Shown one piece after another: positions 30,291-40,429 of a stretch of 64,000 nucleotides of DNA (position 1 is the first letter of the stretch; each line of letters begins with the position of its first letter). The stretch covers positions 133,536-197,535 of the forward strand of contig CAWILE010000009.1 of NCBI GenBank assembly GCA_963836835.1. Direction: 5' to 3'. The stretch comes from an uncultured Acidobacteriaceae bacterium. GTDB taxonomy: Bacteria; Acidobacteriota; Terriglobia; Terriglobales; Acidobacteriaceae. Made by a program: the position numbers and the translations under genes. The notes under the pieces are model-generated. The model did no database searches and was not told the DNA's origin. It saw nothing but the letters and a program-made list of their open reading frames with translations.

Positions 30291-30827
30291 ATGAACGAAT
30301 CGCGTCGAGGACTGATCCTGATCAACACCGGCCCCGGCAAGGGCAAGACAACTGCCGCGATGGGCACTGCCCTGCGCGCGGCCGGAAATGGCATGCGCGT
30401 CCTGATGCTGCAGTTCCTCAAGGGCTCGTGGCATTACGGGGAGCTCGACGCCGTGAAGGCCTTCGGCGAGAACTTCATCATGAAGCAGCTCGGCCGCGGC
30501 TTCGTGAAAGTTGGCGGCGCGGAGACCGATCCCGAGGACATCCGGATGGTCGAAGAGGCATGGGAGGAAGCGCGCAAGGCCATCCTCTCCGGCGACTGGG
30601 ATATGGTGATCCTCGACGAGATCAACTACGCCATCGGGTACGGCATGCTCGATCCCGCGAAGGTCGTGGAGACGCTGAAGCAGCGCCCCGAGATGGTGCA
30701 CGTCATCCTGACCGGCCGCAATGCCCACAAGGACCTCGTCGCCATCGCCGACACTGTCACCGAGATGCGTCAGGTAAAGCACGCCTACGAGAACGGCATC
30801 CTCGCCCAGCGAGGTATTGAGTACTAG
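30291..30827 (+). CDS. cobO: Cob(I)alamin adenosyltransferase (CobO/BtuR)
   Basis: TGPGKGKTTAAMG, QFLKG, ILDEI, ILTGRNA, GIEY. Confidence 0.93.
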   Translation: MNESRRGLILINTGPGKGKTTAAMGTALRAAGNGMRVLMLQFLKGSWHYGELDAVKAFGENFIMKQLGRGFVKVGGAETDPEDIRMVEEAWEEARKAILSGDWDMVILDEINYAIGYGMLDPAKVVETLKQRPEMVHVILTGRNAHKDLVAIADTVTEMRQVKHAYENGILAQRGIEY

Positions 30828-30939
30828 CTTGAGTCGGCGTCCCCGGCACCCCTACCCTCCTTCCGATACGGGAGAGGGCGGCACACACCTTGTCGAATCA
30901 ATTGGATAAGTGCCGTCCCGGTTGCTGAAAGGCGAGGCC

Positions 30940-33093
30940 CTAGGAATGCTGTGGCAGCGGCCGCATCGCCCCGATCTCTCTTGCGCTCCAGCGCACCGGA
31001 TGCGACTGCGCCGCATGGCGTTCTCTTTGCTCCGCCGCAGACAGCGTCTCCATGAGCTCCTTCGCCGGCATCGGGCGGCCGAGCAGATAGCCCTGCAACG
31101 TGCTGCAGCCGAGTCCGGTCAGGAACTCCTGCTGCGCCCGCGTCTCGATGCCTTCGGCCACGATGCTCAGGTTCAGCGTCCGGCCTAATGCCACAATGGC
31201 AGATACGATAGCCGCGTCTTCTGTGTGCGGCGCGAGGTCGCGTACAAATCCGCGGTCTATCTTCAGCTCGGTCGCCGGCAGCCGCTTCAGGTAGAGCAGG
31301 CTCGAATAGCCGGTGCCGAAGTCGTCGATTGAGATCTTCACTCCCATATCGTCGAGCTTCTGCAGAATCGCCATGCTCGCGTAAGGGTCCTGCATGGCGG
31401 TGGATTCCGTCACTTCCAGCGTCAGACATCCCGGTTCGAGCGCGTAGCGCTCCAGCGACTCGCGCACCAGTTGGATGAGTCCCACATGGCTGAACTGGAG
31501 CGGCGAAAGATTCACCGCAACGCTCCAGGCCTGTTGCCCCTGTGCGCGCCACTCGCCCATCTGGCGGCAGGCCTCGTTCAGCACCCATTCCCCGAGGTGC
31601 ACGATCACGCCAGACTTTTCCGCCAGCGGAATGAACTGGTCCGGGGAGAGAAGACCCCGCACCGGATGCTGCCAGCGCACGAGAGCCTCCACCCCGGTGA
31701 GCCGCGATGTATGCGCATCGAACTTCGGCTGGTAGTGCAGCACCATCTCGTGCCGCTCCATCGCCGAACGCAGCTCCTGCAGCAATTGCAACTGCTCATG
31801 CGCATGGGCGTTCATGGACGGCTCAAAGAAGCAGTACCCACTGCGCCCCAGCGACTTCGCGTGATACATCGCCGCATCGGCGTTCCGGAGCAGATCGTGC
31901 GCGTCCTGCGCAAAGTCCTCGTATAGAGCGATACCAATGCTCACCGAGACATTCAGGTCATGCTCGCCGATCCGATACGGCTGACCGACCAGCCGCACCA
32001 GCTTGTCGGCAAGGTTAGCCGCCGATGTCGGGTCGCCTAGTTCGGCAAGCAGCACGAATTCATCCCCACCGATCCGGGCCAGGGTGTCGCTGGCGCGCGT
32101 CGCGCTGGTGATGCGCGCGGCCACCTCCGCCAGCAGAGCATCCCCGGTGTGATGCCCGAAGACGTCATTCACCTCTTTGAATCCGTCCAGGTCCAGAAAC
32201 AGGACCGAGAAGGCTGCGTGGCTGCGGCGGCTGGCCTGGATCGCCTGATTCAGCCGGTCTTCCAGCAGCACCCGGTTCGGCAGCTTGGTCAGGTTGTCGT
32301 GCAGAGCCAGGTAGGTCAGTTCCTGATTCGCGCTTGCCAGAGACTCCGCCAACGCCGCCGTGCGCGATTCCAGCCGCGCATCGATCACCGAGGTGATCAG
32401 AACAACCGACAGCCCGCCAATCGTCGTCAGGACCACCAGCGAGGTGAGCCACAGCGAATCGATGCCGGAGTGCGACGCGCCGCTGACACTATTGGCCGAC
32501 ATCTGCGCTGCCGTCATTCCCGTGTAGTGCATACCGCTGATCGCCAGGCCCATCAAGACTGCCGATCCAGCTCGCCTGAGCCGAATGCCGGAAGAGTGTT
32601 GTCGCAGCCGGAAGGCCAGCCACAGAGCCGTACCGGATGCGACCACCGCAATAAGGATCGAGAGCAAGACCAATGCGACGTGATAATGGATCGCCGGGCG
32701 CATCCGCATCGCTTCCATGCCGGTATAGTGCATGGTGCAAATGCCGACGCCCATCAGCAACGCGCCGAGCGCGAACTGACGGTTCCGCATTTGCTTTTGC
32801 GTGACCAGCCGGAGCGCGAAGGCGGAGGACAGGATGGCCAGCAGCCACGATAGCCCGGTAACCCACAGGTCGTAGCCCATCGCAATCGGCAGGTGGAACG
32901 CCAGCATGCCGATGAAATGCATAGACCAGATGCCGCTGCCCATGGCCGCCGACCCGCCGGCCAGCCACAGCCGAGCAGCTTTTCCCTGCGCAGCCGCGAT
33001 GCGGCCGGCCATATCCAACGCCGTATAAGAAGCCAGCACGGCAACAAGTATCGAAATCAGGACAAGCCAGATATTGTATGAACTCGTGAGCAT
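30940..33093 (-). CDS. MHYT-GGDEF-EAL c-di-GMP cyclase/phosphodiesterase
   Basis: MHFIGM plus two MHYTGM, RIGGDEF with RASD I-site, EAL, DDFGTGYSSL. Confidence 0.93.
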   Translation of the reverse strand: MLTSSYNIWLVLISILVAVLASYTALDMAGRIAAAQGKAARLWLAGGSAAMGSGIWSMHFIGMLAFHLPIAMGYDLWVTGLSWLLAILSSAFALRLVTQKQMRNRQFALGALLMGVGICTMHYTGMEAMRMRPAIHYHVALVLLSILIAVVASGTALWLAFRLRQHSSGIRLRRAGSAVLMGLAISGMHYTGMTAAQMSANSVSGASHSGIDSLWLTSLVVLTTIGGLSVVLITSVIDARLESRTAALAESLASANQELTYLALHDNLTKLPNRVLLEDRLNQAIQASRRSHAAFSVLFLDLDGFKEVNDVFGHHTGDALLAEVAARITSATRASDTLARIGGDEFVLLAELGDPTSAANLADKLVRLVGQPYRIGEHDLNVSVSIGIALYEDFAQDAHDLLRNADAAMYHAKSLGRSGYCFFEPSMNAHAHEQLQLLQELRSAMERHEMVLHYQPKFDAHTSRLTGVEALVRWQHPVRGLLSPDQFIPLAEKSGVIVHLGEWVLNEACRQMGEWRAQGQQAWSVAVNLSPLQFSHVGLIQLVRESLERYALEPGCLTLEVTESTAMQDPYASMAILQKLDDMGVKISIDDFGTGYSSLLYLKRLPATELKIDRGFVRDLAPHTEDAAIVSAIVALGRTLNLSIVAEGIETRAQQEFLTGLGCSTLQGYLLGRPMPAKELMETLSAAEQRERHAAQSHPVRWSAREIGAMRPLPQHS

Positions 33094-33279
33094 TGCGGTA
33101 TGCCGTCTAGATCTGCCAAACACTATGTATTGTCGGCATTTCCTCTTCTGATCTGGATTACTGAAGAGGGGCATTTCTGAACTTTAGAAACATTCGGGAA
33201 GGCTACAGGCCCAAATCGGAACCGATAAAGCGATTCCCATTTCGGGAAACAGGAATTCGGCTTAGGGGATAATAAGCAG

Positions 33280-34125
33280 ATGGCGTGGTTTAAGCGGCAG
33301 GACAACGAGATCGAAAGCTCCCAGGAAAAGCGTGTCCGGACGGAAGGCCTCTGGGTCAAATGTGAAGGCTGCGACCAGTACATTTTCAAGGCTGACCTCG
33401 AGTCCAACCAGCAGGTCTGCCCCAAGTGCGGCCGCCACCATAAGCTCGACGCTCGCAGCCGCATCGCCGCGCTGCTTGAGCCCGGCTACCAGCTCGTCGA
33501 CCTGGAGCTCAAGTCGACCGATCCGCTCAACTTCTTTGACGTCAAGTCCTATAAGAGCCGTCTCGCCAAGGCGCAGGAGGCCACCGGCCTCAACGACGCC
33601 ATCATCAATGCCGTCGGCCGGCTCGAACAGCACGATGTCGTGCTCAGCGTGATGGAGTACGCATTCATCGGCGGCAGCATGGGCGCGGTCGTCGGCGAAA
33701 CCATAGCGCGTGCCGTCGACCGCTCGCTCGAGTTACGCCGCCCGCTCATCATTATTTCCGCATCGGGTGGAGCGCGCATGATGGAAGGCATTGCCAGCCT
33801 GATGCAACTCGCCAAGATCTCCAGCGGCCTCGCCGAGCTCGACGATGCTGGCGTTCCCTACATTTCCGTCCTCACCGACCCGACCACCGGCGGCGTCACC
33901 GCCAGTTTCGCCATGCTGGGCGACCTCAACATCGCCGAGCCCGGCGCGCTCATCGGCTTCGCCGGCCCCCGCGTTATCGAGCAGACGATCCGCCAGAAGC
34001 TCCCCGAAGGCTTCCAGCGCTCCGAGTTCCTGCTGGAACACGGCATGCTGGACGCTGTAGTCCCGCGCCCGGAACTGAAGGCTTACATCGACCGGGCGCT
34101 GTCCTTCATGACTGCCGCCGCCTGA
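33280..34125 (+). CDS. accD: Acetyl-CoA carboxylase carboxyltransferase beta subunit
   Basis: WVKCEGC..CPKC Zn finger, GGSMG, SGGARMMEG, PTTGGVTASFA, GFAGPRVIEQ. Confidence 0.96.
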   Translation: MAWFKRQDNEIESSQEKRVRTEGLWVKCEGCDQYIFKADLESNQQVCPKCGRHHKLDARSRIAALLEPGYQLVDLELKSTDPLNFFDVKSYKSRLAKAQEATGLNDAIINAVGRLEQHDVVLSVMEYAFIGGSMGAVVGETIARAVDRSLELRRPLIIISASGGARMMEGIASLMQLAKISSGLAELDDAGVPYISVLTDPTTGGVTASFAMLGDLNIAEPGALIGFAGPRVIEQTIRQKLPEGFQRSEFLLEHGMLDAVVPRPELKAYIDRALSFMTAAA

Positions 34126-34233
34126 GCGATCGATCGACAGGCGCACTCCTTCAGACGCGATCCTGCTTGAGGGGCTCATCCCGTATGCTGCGCCTGCCAA
34201 CTTAAATCGAAAATGGGCTGAGCGCAGACTGAT

Positions 34234-36054
34234 CTAGGGATCCTGCAGTTGCCGGGGGACTCTCTCTATATAGATCCGGCGCACGAAGGGCGCGAGCCAG
34301 GCGCGATAGGAAACCGGCCGGAAGCCACTGGGCTCGAGGCACCAGACCGGTGTGAGCACGACCATGTAGCGGGGATGAAGCTTGGGTGTGTACTGGTCGA
34401 ATCCGAGGCGGCAATCGACGGGTCGGCGGGCATCCTGCACGTTCAGGTGAAAAGCATCGGCAGGATAGCCGATCTTTGACTCATTGACATAGCCGGCCTG
34501 ATCGACTTCTGTCCAGCCGTCATATTCAAACCCCGCCTGCACGAATTGCTCCGGGACGCCCTGGCTGCGGACCTCCTGCACGGCCGCAACCCGCGCGCGA
34601 TTCAACGCGAAGAGATCGTGCGTGGCGGCGATGCCGTAGAAAGCAAAAAGGCACAGCGTGACGTAGGAGACGGCAGGCAGCGATCTCCCAATTCGCTCCT
34701 CATACATCTTCAGCAGAAAGAGGATGAAGACCGGCATGATGCCGAGCAGATAGCGATCGAAGATATAAAAGCGCAGCCCTCGGGGAAGGAGCAGAACGAG
34801 ATAGGCGGCGGTGTAAGGGAAATACAAAACGAAGAGTGTCTTCCAACTCGCAGTCGCGCCGGCACGCGGGACCAGCACAGATTTTTCGCGGACGGCGACG
34901 GACCACAGCAGCAGCGCTGCTCCGCTGAGCACCACAATGATGGAGACAGCAGCCCGGACGGAATGGGAAAGGGAGATCGGCCGATAGCCGATCATGTCCC
35001 ACGATCTTGGGGCGATGCCTTCGGCATCTAGAACGTGATAGAGCCACGGCATCAGCCAGTCGTCCAGGCTCCCCTGCATCTTGAAGATCCAGCACGCGAC
35101 GCAGAGCAGCAGCGCGAGGACGCCGAGCTTGACCTGCACGTGATGGCCGAGGCGGCGTGCCACCACAATCCACGTGATAAGAATGGGCAGAAGAATGAGC
35201 AGCAGGCAAAGGAACGTCTTGAACAGGACCACCGCGAGAAACATCGACTTGCTGAATATGTATGAGGCGTGGAGCCTTTCGAGTATGAGCGCGGCGGTAG
35301 AGACAGAGGCCTGCTGGACGGGAGGGTAGAGAACTTTTTCAGGAACCGAATAGCGCTGGCGATAGAACCAGTGAGTGGAAGTAAAGATGAGAGTGATGCT
35401 GGCAAGCCACAGGGCAACCGCGGCAGAAACAACACCGCGCCGGGTTCGCAGCAGCCATGCCGCGGAGGGCACGACCACCAGGGCGCCGAGCCAGACGATC
35501 TGCCGCTCGGTGCCCCCCACGACATTCGTCACAGTCGCGGCGCACAAAAAGAGGATCGACACCATGGCGCTTTGCGCCTCGACTGCGAGCTGGCAGAGAT
35601 AGAAGCACAGCAGGGTCACGAACAGCCCGCCGACATCGGACATGTAACTGGCGGCGAGTGGAATGAAGAGCGGTGAAACGCAGAATGTCAGCGAACCGAA
35701 GATGGCATTGCGGTTGGAGATATTGCCGTGCCGCAGAAGGGTATGGAGGAGCCATCCGCACCCGATGGCGAAGGGAAGCATGGAGAGGCGCGCCACCGTG
35801 AACGAATAGCCGAAGGCCTTTAGAAACGGGGCAGTCCAGACAATCTGCCAGCCGAGCATGGCGGTAGCCCAGCCGTTGTAGATGAAATGTCCAGTACGGG
35901 AGAAATCGTAGGCAGTGCGGACGTAGGACCAGTCGTCGATGAACCCCATCGGCGCGAAGGGAAGGCTGAGCAGCACCGCGAGCCCGGCTAGCAAACCGCA
36001 GCACAGGCCGCCGAGCGTGGAGTATCGCGCGCTGGACTGCGGCTTGGCTGTCAT
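34234..36054 (-). CDS. GT-C (GT39/ArnT-like) multi-TM glycosyltransferase
   Basis: First-loop acidic motif IDDWSY, YMSDVGGL, ERQ, DRYLL; many TMs. Confidence 0.65.
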   Translation of the reverse strand: MTAKPQSSARYSTLGGLCCGLLAGLAVLLSLPFAPMGFIDDWSYVRTAYDFSRTGHFIYNGWATAMLGWQIVWTAPFLKAFGYSFTVARLSMLPFAIGCGWLLHTLLRHGNISNRNAIFGSLTFCVSPLFIPLAASYMSDVGGLFVTLLCFYLCQLAVEAQSAMVSILFLCAATVTNVVGGTERQIVWLGALVVVPSAAWLLRTRRGVVSAAVALWLASITLIFTSTHWFYRQRYSVPEKVLYPPVQQASVSTAALILERLHASYIFSKSMFLAVVLFKTFLCLLLILLPILITWIVVARRLGHHVQVKLGVLALLLCVACWIFKMQGSLDDWLMPWLYHVLDAEGIAPRSWDMIGYRPISLSHSVRAAVSIIVVLSGAALLLWSVAVREKSVLVPRAGATASWKTLFVLYFPYTAAYLVLLLPRGLRFYIFDRYLLGIMPVFILFLLKMYEERIGRSLPAVSYVTLCLFAFYGIAATHDLFALNRARVAAVQEVRSQGVPEQFVQAGFEYDGWTEVDQAGYVNESKIGYPADAFHLNVQDARRPVDCRLGFDQYTPKLHPRYMVVLTPVWCLEPSGFRPVSYRAWLAPFVRRIYIERVPRQLQDP

Positions 36055-37340
36055 GCTGTCGACGTCAGGCTCCTTGCCATGTTTCTGCCCAGCCGCACGC
36101 TTTCTGCGATGCTTCGATCCTCAGGATAATAGAAGCAGGTGTCGGCAATCTGCAGCCCGCGCACGGGGGTTTGAATGGGTGGAAGCAGGGACGCGAAGCC
36201 TACTTCGCAGACCGGCTGCGCATGCTTCAGGCGGAAGACAGCGGCATCCAGAATGTCTTCGTGAGTTATCTCAGGATTCAGCTTCTTCAGGCACTGCATG
36301 GATTCGTCGATAAATGCGGCGCTGGTCTGCGCGAACTTAGGGTGATCCGAGGGCAGGTAATAGGGAATATAGACGACCGTGCTACCCAGTTCCCGCAAGT
36401 TGCTGAACTCGATCACTCCCGGAATTTCGACCGAACTGTCTTCGATATTGATCCAGAAATGCGGGCTGACGGAGCGGCGAAGTTTGAGGACAACGCAGCA
36501 GACACCCATGCTGCGGATTCGCTCGTAGGCATGTTTCCAGGATGAATCTCTCGATGCCAGCAACTTCGGCACATAGGGAATCGGCATGGTCGAGATGACA
36601 TGCTGCGCCGGCCACTCGCGATCCGGCGTCCTGACTCCGGTGATCTGATTCTCTTCGATGAGAAGTTCCTGAACCGGACAGTTGAGCTGTATCTCGCAGC
36701 CGCGCGCGACGACGGCTTCGACCAGAGCATCTACGAGTGTTTTGGAGCCGCCTTCGAGATAGCCGAGTTCCTCGGTCATCATGCTCTTGCGGGACTCGCC
36801 GACCCGGCGGATGCGCGAGCGAATCCATGCGGCCGAGATTCGGTCTGCGTATTGATGGAACTTGTAGTCAAGCAGCGATCGCCAGAAGCGTTCGTATCCT
36901 TCCCGGCCGCACCATCGCGTGATCCAGCTTCTTGCGTCGGTGGTTTCGAGAGCAGGCCAATCGCGGCGGTGCATACAGGCGAAGATGAAGAAGCCATAGC
37001 GCAGCTTCGTCAGCAGACTGCATTGCGGCACACGAAGGAGCGAGAGCGGGGTTCCCCATGGAATCAATTGCCCCCGGGAGTAGAAACCCATCGAGGTTTC
37101 TTTCCAGCGCATCTTGTGTGCAATTTGCAGCTCCTCGAGCAGTTCAAGCGTGGCGTAATCGGACCGGCAGACGAAATGATAGAAGCGCTCGAGAGAGAGT
37201 CCGCCAAAGTCGAAGTGGGCAGCCATCCCGCCGGGCTCTCCCGACGCCTCAAGTAGCTTGACCTGGTGCCCATCGCAGACTGCCTGGTAGGCAGCAGCCA
37301 ACCCCATCGGGCCGGCTCCTATGACGATTACCTGCGCCAA
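36051..37340 (-). CDS. FAD-dependent oxidoreductase (protoporphyrinogen oxidase/amine oxidase-like)
   Basis: VIGAGPMGLAAA, GGMA, ERFYHF, YPEDRS; ATGA overlap with the GT-C gene. Confidence 0.85.
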   Translation of the reverse strand: MAQVIVIGAGPMGLAAAYQAVCDGHQVKLLEASGEPGGMAAHFDFGGLSLERFYHFVCRSDYATLELLEELQIAHKMRWKETSMGFYSRGQLIPWGTPLSLLRVPQCSLLTKLRYGFFIFACMHRRDWPALETTDARSWITRWCGREGYERFWRSLLDYKFHQYADRISAAWIRSRIRRVGESRKSMMTEELGYLEGGSKTLVDALVEAVVARGCEIQLNCPVQELLIEENQITGVRTPDREWPAQHVISTMPIPYVPKLLASRDSSWKHAYERIRSMGVCCVVLKLRRSVSPHFWINIEDSSVEIPGVIEFSNLRELGSTVVYIPYYLPSDHPKFAQTSAAFIDESMQCLKKLNPEITHEDILDAAVFRLKHAQPVCEVGFASLLPPIQTPVRGLQIADTCFYYPEDRSIAESVRLGRNMARSLTSTA

Positions 37341-37791
37341 AAGATATACCGTGGGACACGACAGTATCTGCCGCGAGCTGAAGAGTTATCACAGACTCGA
37401 CTCTCGATAGAGTGCGAAATACTGGCCCCCATAGTCGGCTCAGTATATCGGTGGCCTATGCGTTCATGGCAGAGGTTTAAGTTTGGGGGAACGAATATTG
37501 CTCCGCGAGTTACTGTCGGCATACGAACGATTACCAGCGCGGCAGAAATGGCGCGGGGTCAGATAGCGAATGAGCATTTCTCTTCGAATGGCCGACCCGA
37601 GATGCCTCTCGCGTCCGGAGTTGCAGGGGCGGCTCCCACGAAGGTGGCGAATTGAGCGCAATCCGGGGCAATCCAGCGGATCGTTTCGGGAAATGAGTAC
37701 CGTTGTCACGATGGCGCGCCGAAGGTGGGAGGGATCACACGAACCGAGCAGTGTGACCATTTGCTTGCGGCATCCCGCTGGGGAGAACGAC

Positions 37792-37944
37792 ATGAAAACA
37801 GCATTCGGCATCCTGGCTCTGTACATCAGCATCCCGCTGGCAATCGTGGCAGCGCAGGGAATTGTGGCGCATGAGGCGGCGTTACAGCAGAGCGCGGCGC
37901 ACGCCGCGGTAGCGCAGGCGCTGCCCGCGCTGCCACGTCATTGA
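37792..37944 (+). CDS. Putative 50-aa small exported/membrane protein
   Basis: GGGGAGA RBS; MKTAFGILALYISIPLAIVAAQG signal-like start; Ala-rich. Confidence 0.55.
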   Translation: MKTAFGILALYISIPLAIVAAQGIVAHEAALQQSAAHAAVAQALPALPRH

Positions 37945-39732
37945 TCAGGTTGGCTGACGGGCGGCCCGTATGTAGGGCAACACTTCGGCGGCGAGCTTTT
38001 CATCCAGCTCAGGGCTCATGAAGTGCAACGGATTCGATTCCATGCTGCCGGAGGCAGTGACTCGGCTGCTGATCTTGGGGAAGTAAGTCTGCTGCGGGTC
38101 AACCCTGACGAGAAAAGCGGATGGTCCCGGGCTATCCAGCGCGGCGAGAAACGCCGGATCAGATTCGAAGCCCGGGCCGAGCCTCTGCAGCGGAATATCA
38201 TAGGCGGCGAAGAGTGATTCCCAGCGCGGAATCCCCAGCCCGGTCGCTGTATCGCAGCCGATATAACTGCCACCGAAATAGTTTTTCTGTGTCATCCGAA
38301 TCGAGGCGTACCCGTTGTCGTCGAAGATGAAGATCTTCAGGTTGAGCTTGTTTACGGATACCGTGCCCAGCTCCTGAAGATTCTGAATGAAGCCTCCATC
38401 GCCTTCGACCAGGAAAGTACGGCGGCCATTCGCGGCGAGGGCTGCGCCGATCGCACCGCCGAGGCCATATCCCATTGAGGCCAGCCCCTTGTCATTGAAG
38501 ACACGCTGACCGCGCTTCACCCGGAAGGCCTGCATCATGACCGTGTTGGCGCTGCCGCTGCTGCAGGGAATGACAACGTCCTCTGCGGTGCAGAGATCGG
38601 AGAGCTTCATACAAAAATCGTATGGGGAAACAAAACCCTCGCCGGTGTGATTGGCGGGATCGTTCAGCGGAATCAACGAGCGGACCTTTCGGCAAAAGGC
38701 GACCCATGCATCGTATGCCGGAAGATCACTCTGGCGCGCAATGAAATCGAGGACGGCGTTCGCGTCGCCGCATACGGGCAGGTCAACGCGTGGATGTCCC
38801 TTCTCCAGTTCCGCGCGATCGCATTCCACCTGGACGACCTTGCCAAGCGGCACGAATTGCTGCCAGTTGAACCCGGTCTGCTGCAGACCGAGGCGAGTGC
38901 CCAACGCGATCAGCAGATCCGCCTGCTGTATGAGAATGTTGGCGCCGCGCTGGCCCCACGTATTGGGGCGGCCAAAGAACAAGGGATGGTCTTCAGGAAT
39001 GCGATCGATGCCGTTCCAGGTGGCTAGCAGCGGTATGCCGAGCTTCGCCAGCCGATCCAGCAGCCTTTGGCTGGTGTCGCGGCTTACACCGCCGCCAATG
39101 AGCAACACGGGACGTTGTGCGCGGCGAAGAAGCGATGCGATCTCATGCAGCATATCGTCCTTCACCGGAGCGAAGGTGCTACTTTCCCGGGCGGGCGCCG
39201 AAGTGTTGGAAGAGACGCCGTCGAACTTCGCGCCCTGGATGTCCAGCGGGACCTCCAGAAAGACCGGTCCTTTCCGGCCGTGACTGCCGGATTCCGCAAG
39301 ACGGACGAAGGCGGCGCGATCGAGAGGGGTGTCAATCAAGGCGGAAGTGACGGTGACCGGCCGCGCGATGCTTACGCCGTCGATCTCCTGAATGCCGCGC
39401 TGGCGAATCTGGCCGCGCGCGAGATCGCTGACCTTGACTTGGCCACCCACTACGAGCAGCTCGCGGCTCTCCAGGTATGCGCCGGCCATGGCGGTGACAA
39501 TGTTGGTGAGGCCGGGACCGGCGGTGACGAGAGCGAAGGCGCGACCTTCCGAAGACACTTCGTTGAAATACTCGGCAGCAATGCCTGCGGCGACCTCGTG
39601 CACGACCGGAATGCAGGTGAACCGATGGCTGCAGCTTTCCAGCAGATGCATGATGTTGCCGCCAGCTACGAAGAAGCAGTGCGTGTACCCCAGTTCGCGA
39701 AGCCAATCGGCCAATTGATCACTGTATTTCAT
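37945..39732 (-). CDS. Thiamine-diphosphate-dependent enzyme (acetolactate synthase/YerE-like)
   Basis: VVHEVAAG, TAGPGLTN, ASMGYGL, EGDGG...DDNGY ThDP motif. Confidence 0.88.
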   Translation of the reverse strand: MKYSDQLADWLRELGYTHCFFVAGGNIMHLLESCSHRFTCIPVVHEVAAGIAAEYFNEVSSEGRAFALVTAGPGLTNIVTAMAGAYLESRELLVVGGQVKVSDLARGQIRQRGIQEIDGVSIARPVTVTSALIDTPLDRAAFVRLAESGSHGRKGPVFLEVPLDIQGAKFDGVSSNTSAPARESSTFAPVKDDMLHEIASLLRRAQRPVLLIGGGVSRDTSQRLLDRLAKLGIPLLATWNGIDRIPEDHPLFFGRPNTWGQRGANILIQQADLLIALGTRLGLQQTGFNWQQFVPLGKVVQVECDRAELEKGHPRVDLPVCGDANAVLDFIARQSDLPAYDAWVAFCRKVRSLIPLNDPANHTGEGFVSPYDFCMKLSDLCTAEDVVIPCSSGSANTVMMQAFRVKRGQRVFNDKGLASMGYGLGGAIGAALAANGRRTFLVEGDGGFIQNLQELGTVSVNKLNLKIFIFDDNGYASIRMTQKNYFGGSYIGCDTATGLGIPRWESLFAAYDIPLQRLGPGFESDPAFLAALDSPGPSAFLVRVDPQQTYFPKISSRVTASGSMESNPLHFMSPELDEKLAAEVLPYIRAARQPT

Positions 39733-39742
39733 GCGTACAACG

Positions 39743-40414
39743 TCAGAGCCTTTCTATTTTCGTTTGCGAGAGCGCGGCGAGCAGATCGGGAAAGCAGGCA
39801 ATGGAGCGGCGGGCATCCGCACAGGAGCCATAGCCATAGCTTGCATGGATAAACTCGAGCCGATTCACGGTTGCCGCTTCTTCGTCTTCGGCGGTGTCGC
39901 CGATCATGATGGTGGATTCCGGCGCAAGCGAATGATGGACGAGCATCTGCGACAACATCTCCGCTTTGCCTGCGTAGCCCGGCACCCGGCTGTCACGGGT
40001 CACGATCCCATCGAAGATTTCAAAGATGCCGAAGTGCTTCAGGATTTGGGTAGTAGGGATGCGCGGTTTGTTGGTGACGAGAAACAGCCGTGCGCCTGCC
40101 GTACACAAGTCCTGGAGTAGCGGCAGGACGCCGCTGAACAGAACCGTGTCGCGCCAGCCGCTGGAATCGTATTCCGCGCGGTAGACGGTTTCGATCTGCG
40201 CAAGCTCAGCGTCTGTGAGCGTGGGATCGATGCGCGTTGCGATGATGCGGATGGGCGGCCCGACTACGGAGCGAAGGTCTGCCGCTGGCATCGTCCGACC
40301 GGCAGCGCGAAAGGCCAGCGCGAGGGCGGCGGCGATACCGGGACACGAATCGATAAGCGTGCCATCGAGGTCAAAGAAGAGGGACCGCACCGGATGAATT
40401 TCCGCGAGCTGCAT
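39743..40414 (-). CDS. HAD-family phosphatase
   Basis: FFDLDGTLIDS, VTNK, MIGDT. Confidence 0.88.
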   Translation of the reverse strand: MQLAEIHPVRSLFFDLDGTLIDSCPGIAAALALAFRAAGRTMPAADLRSVVGPPIRIIATRIDPTLTDAELAQIETVYRAEYDSSGWRDTVLFSGVLPLLQDLCTAGARLFLVTNKPRIPTTQILKHFGIFEIFDGIVTRDSRVPGYAGKAEMLSQMLVHHSLAPESTIMIGDTAEDEEAATVNRLEFIHASYGYGSCADARRSIACFPDLLAALSQTKIERL

Positions 40415-40429
40415 AAGAGGGATTGCGAA

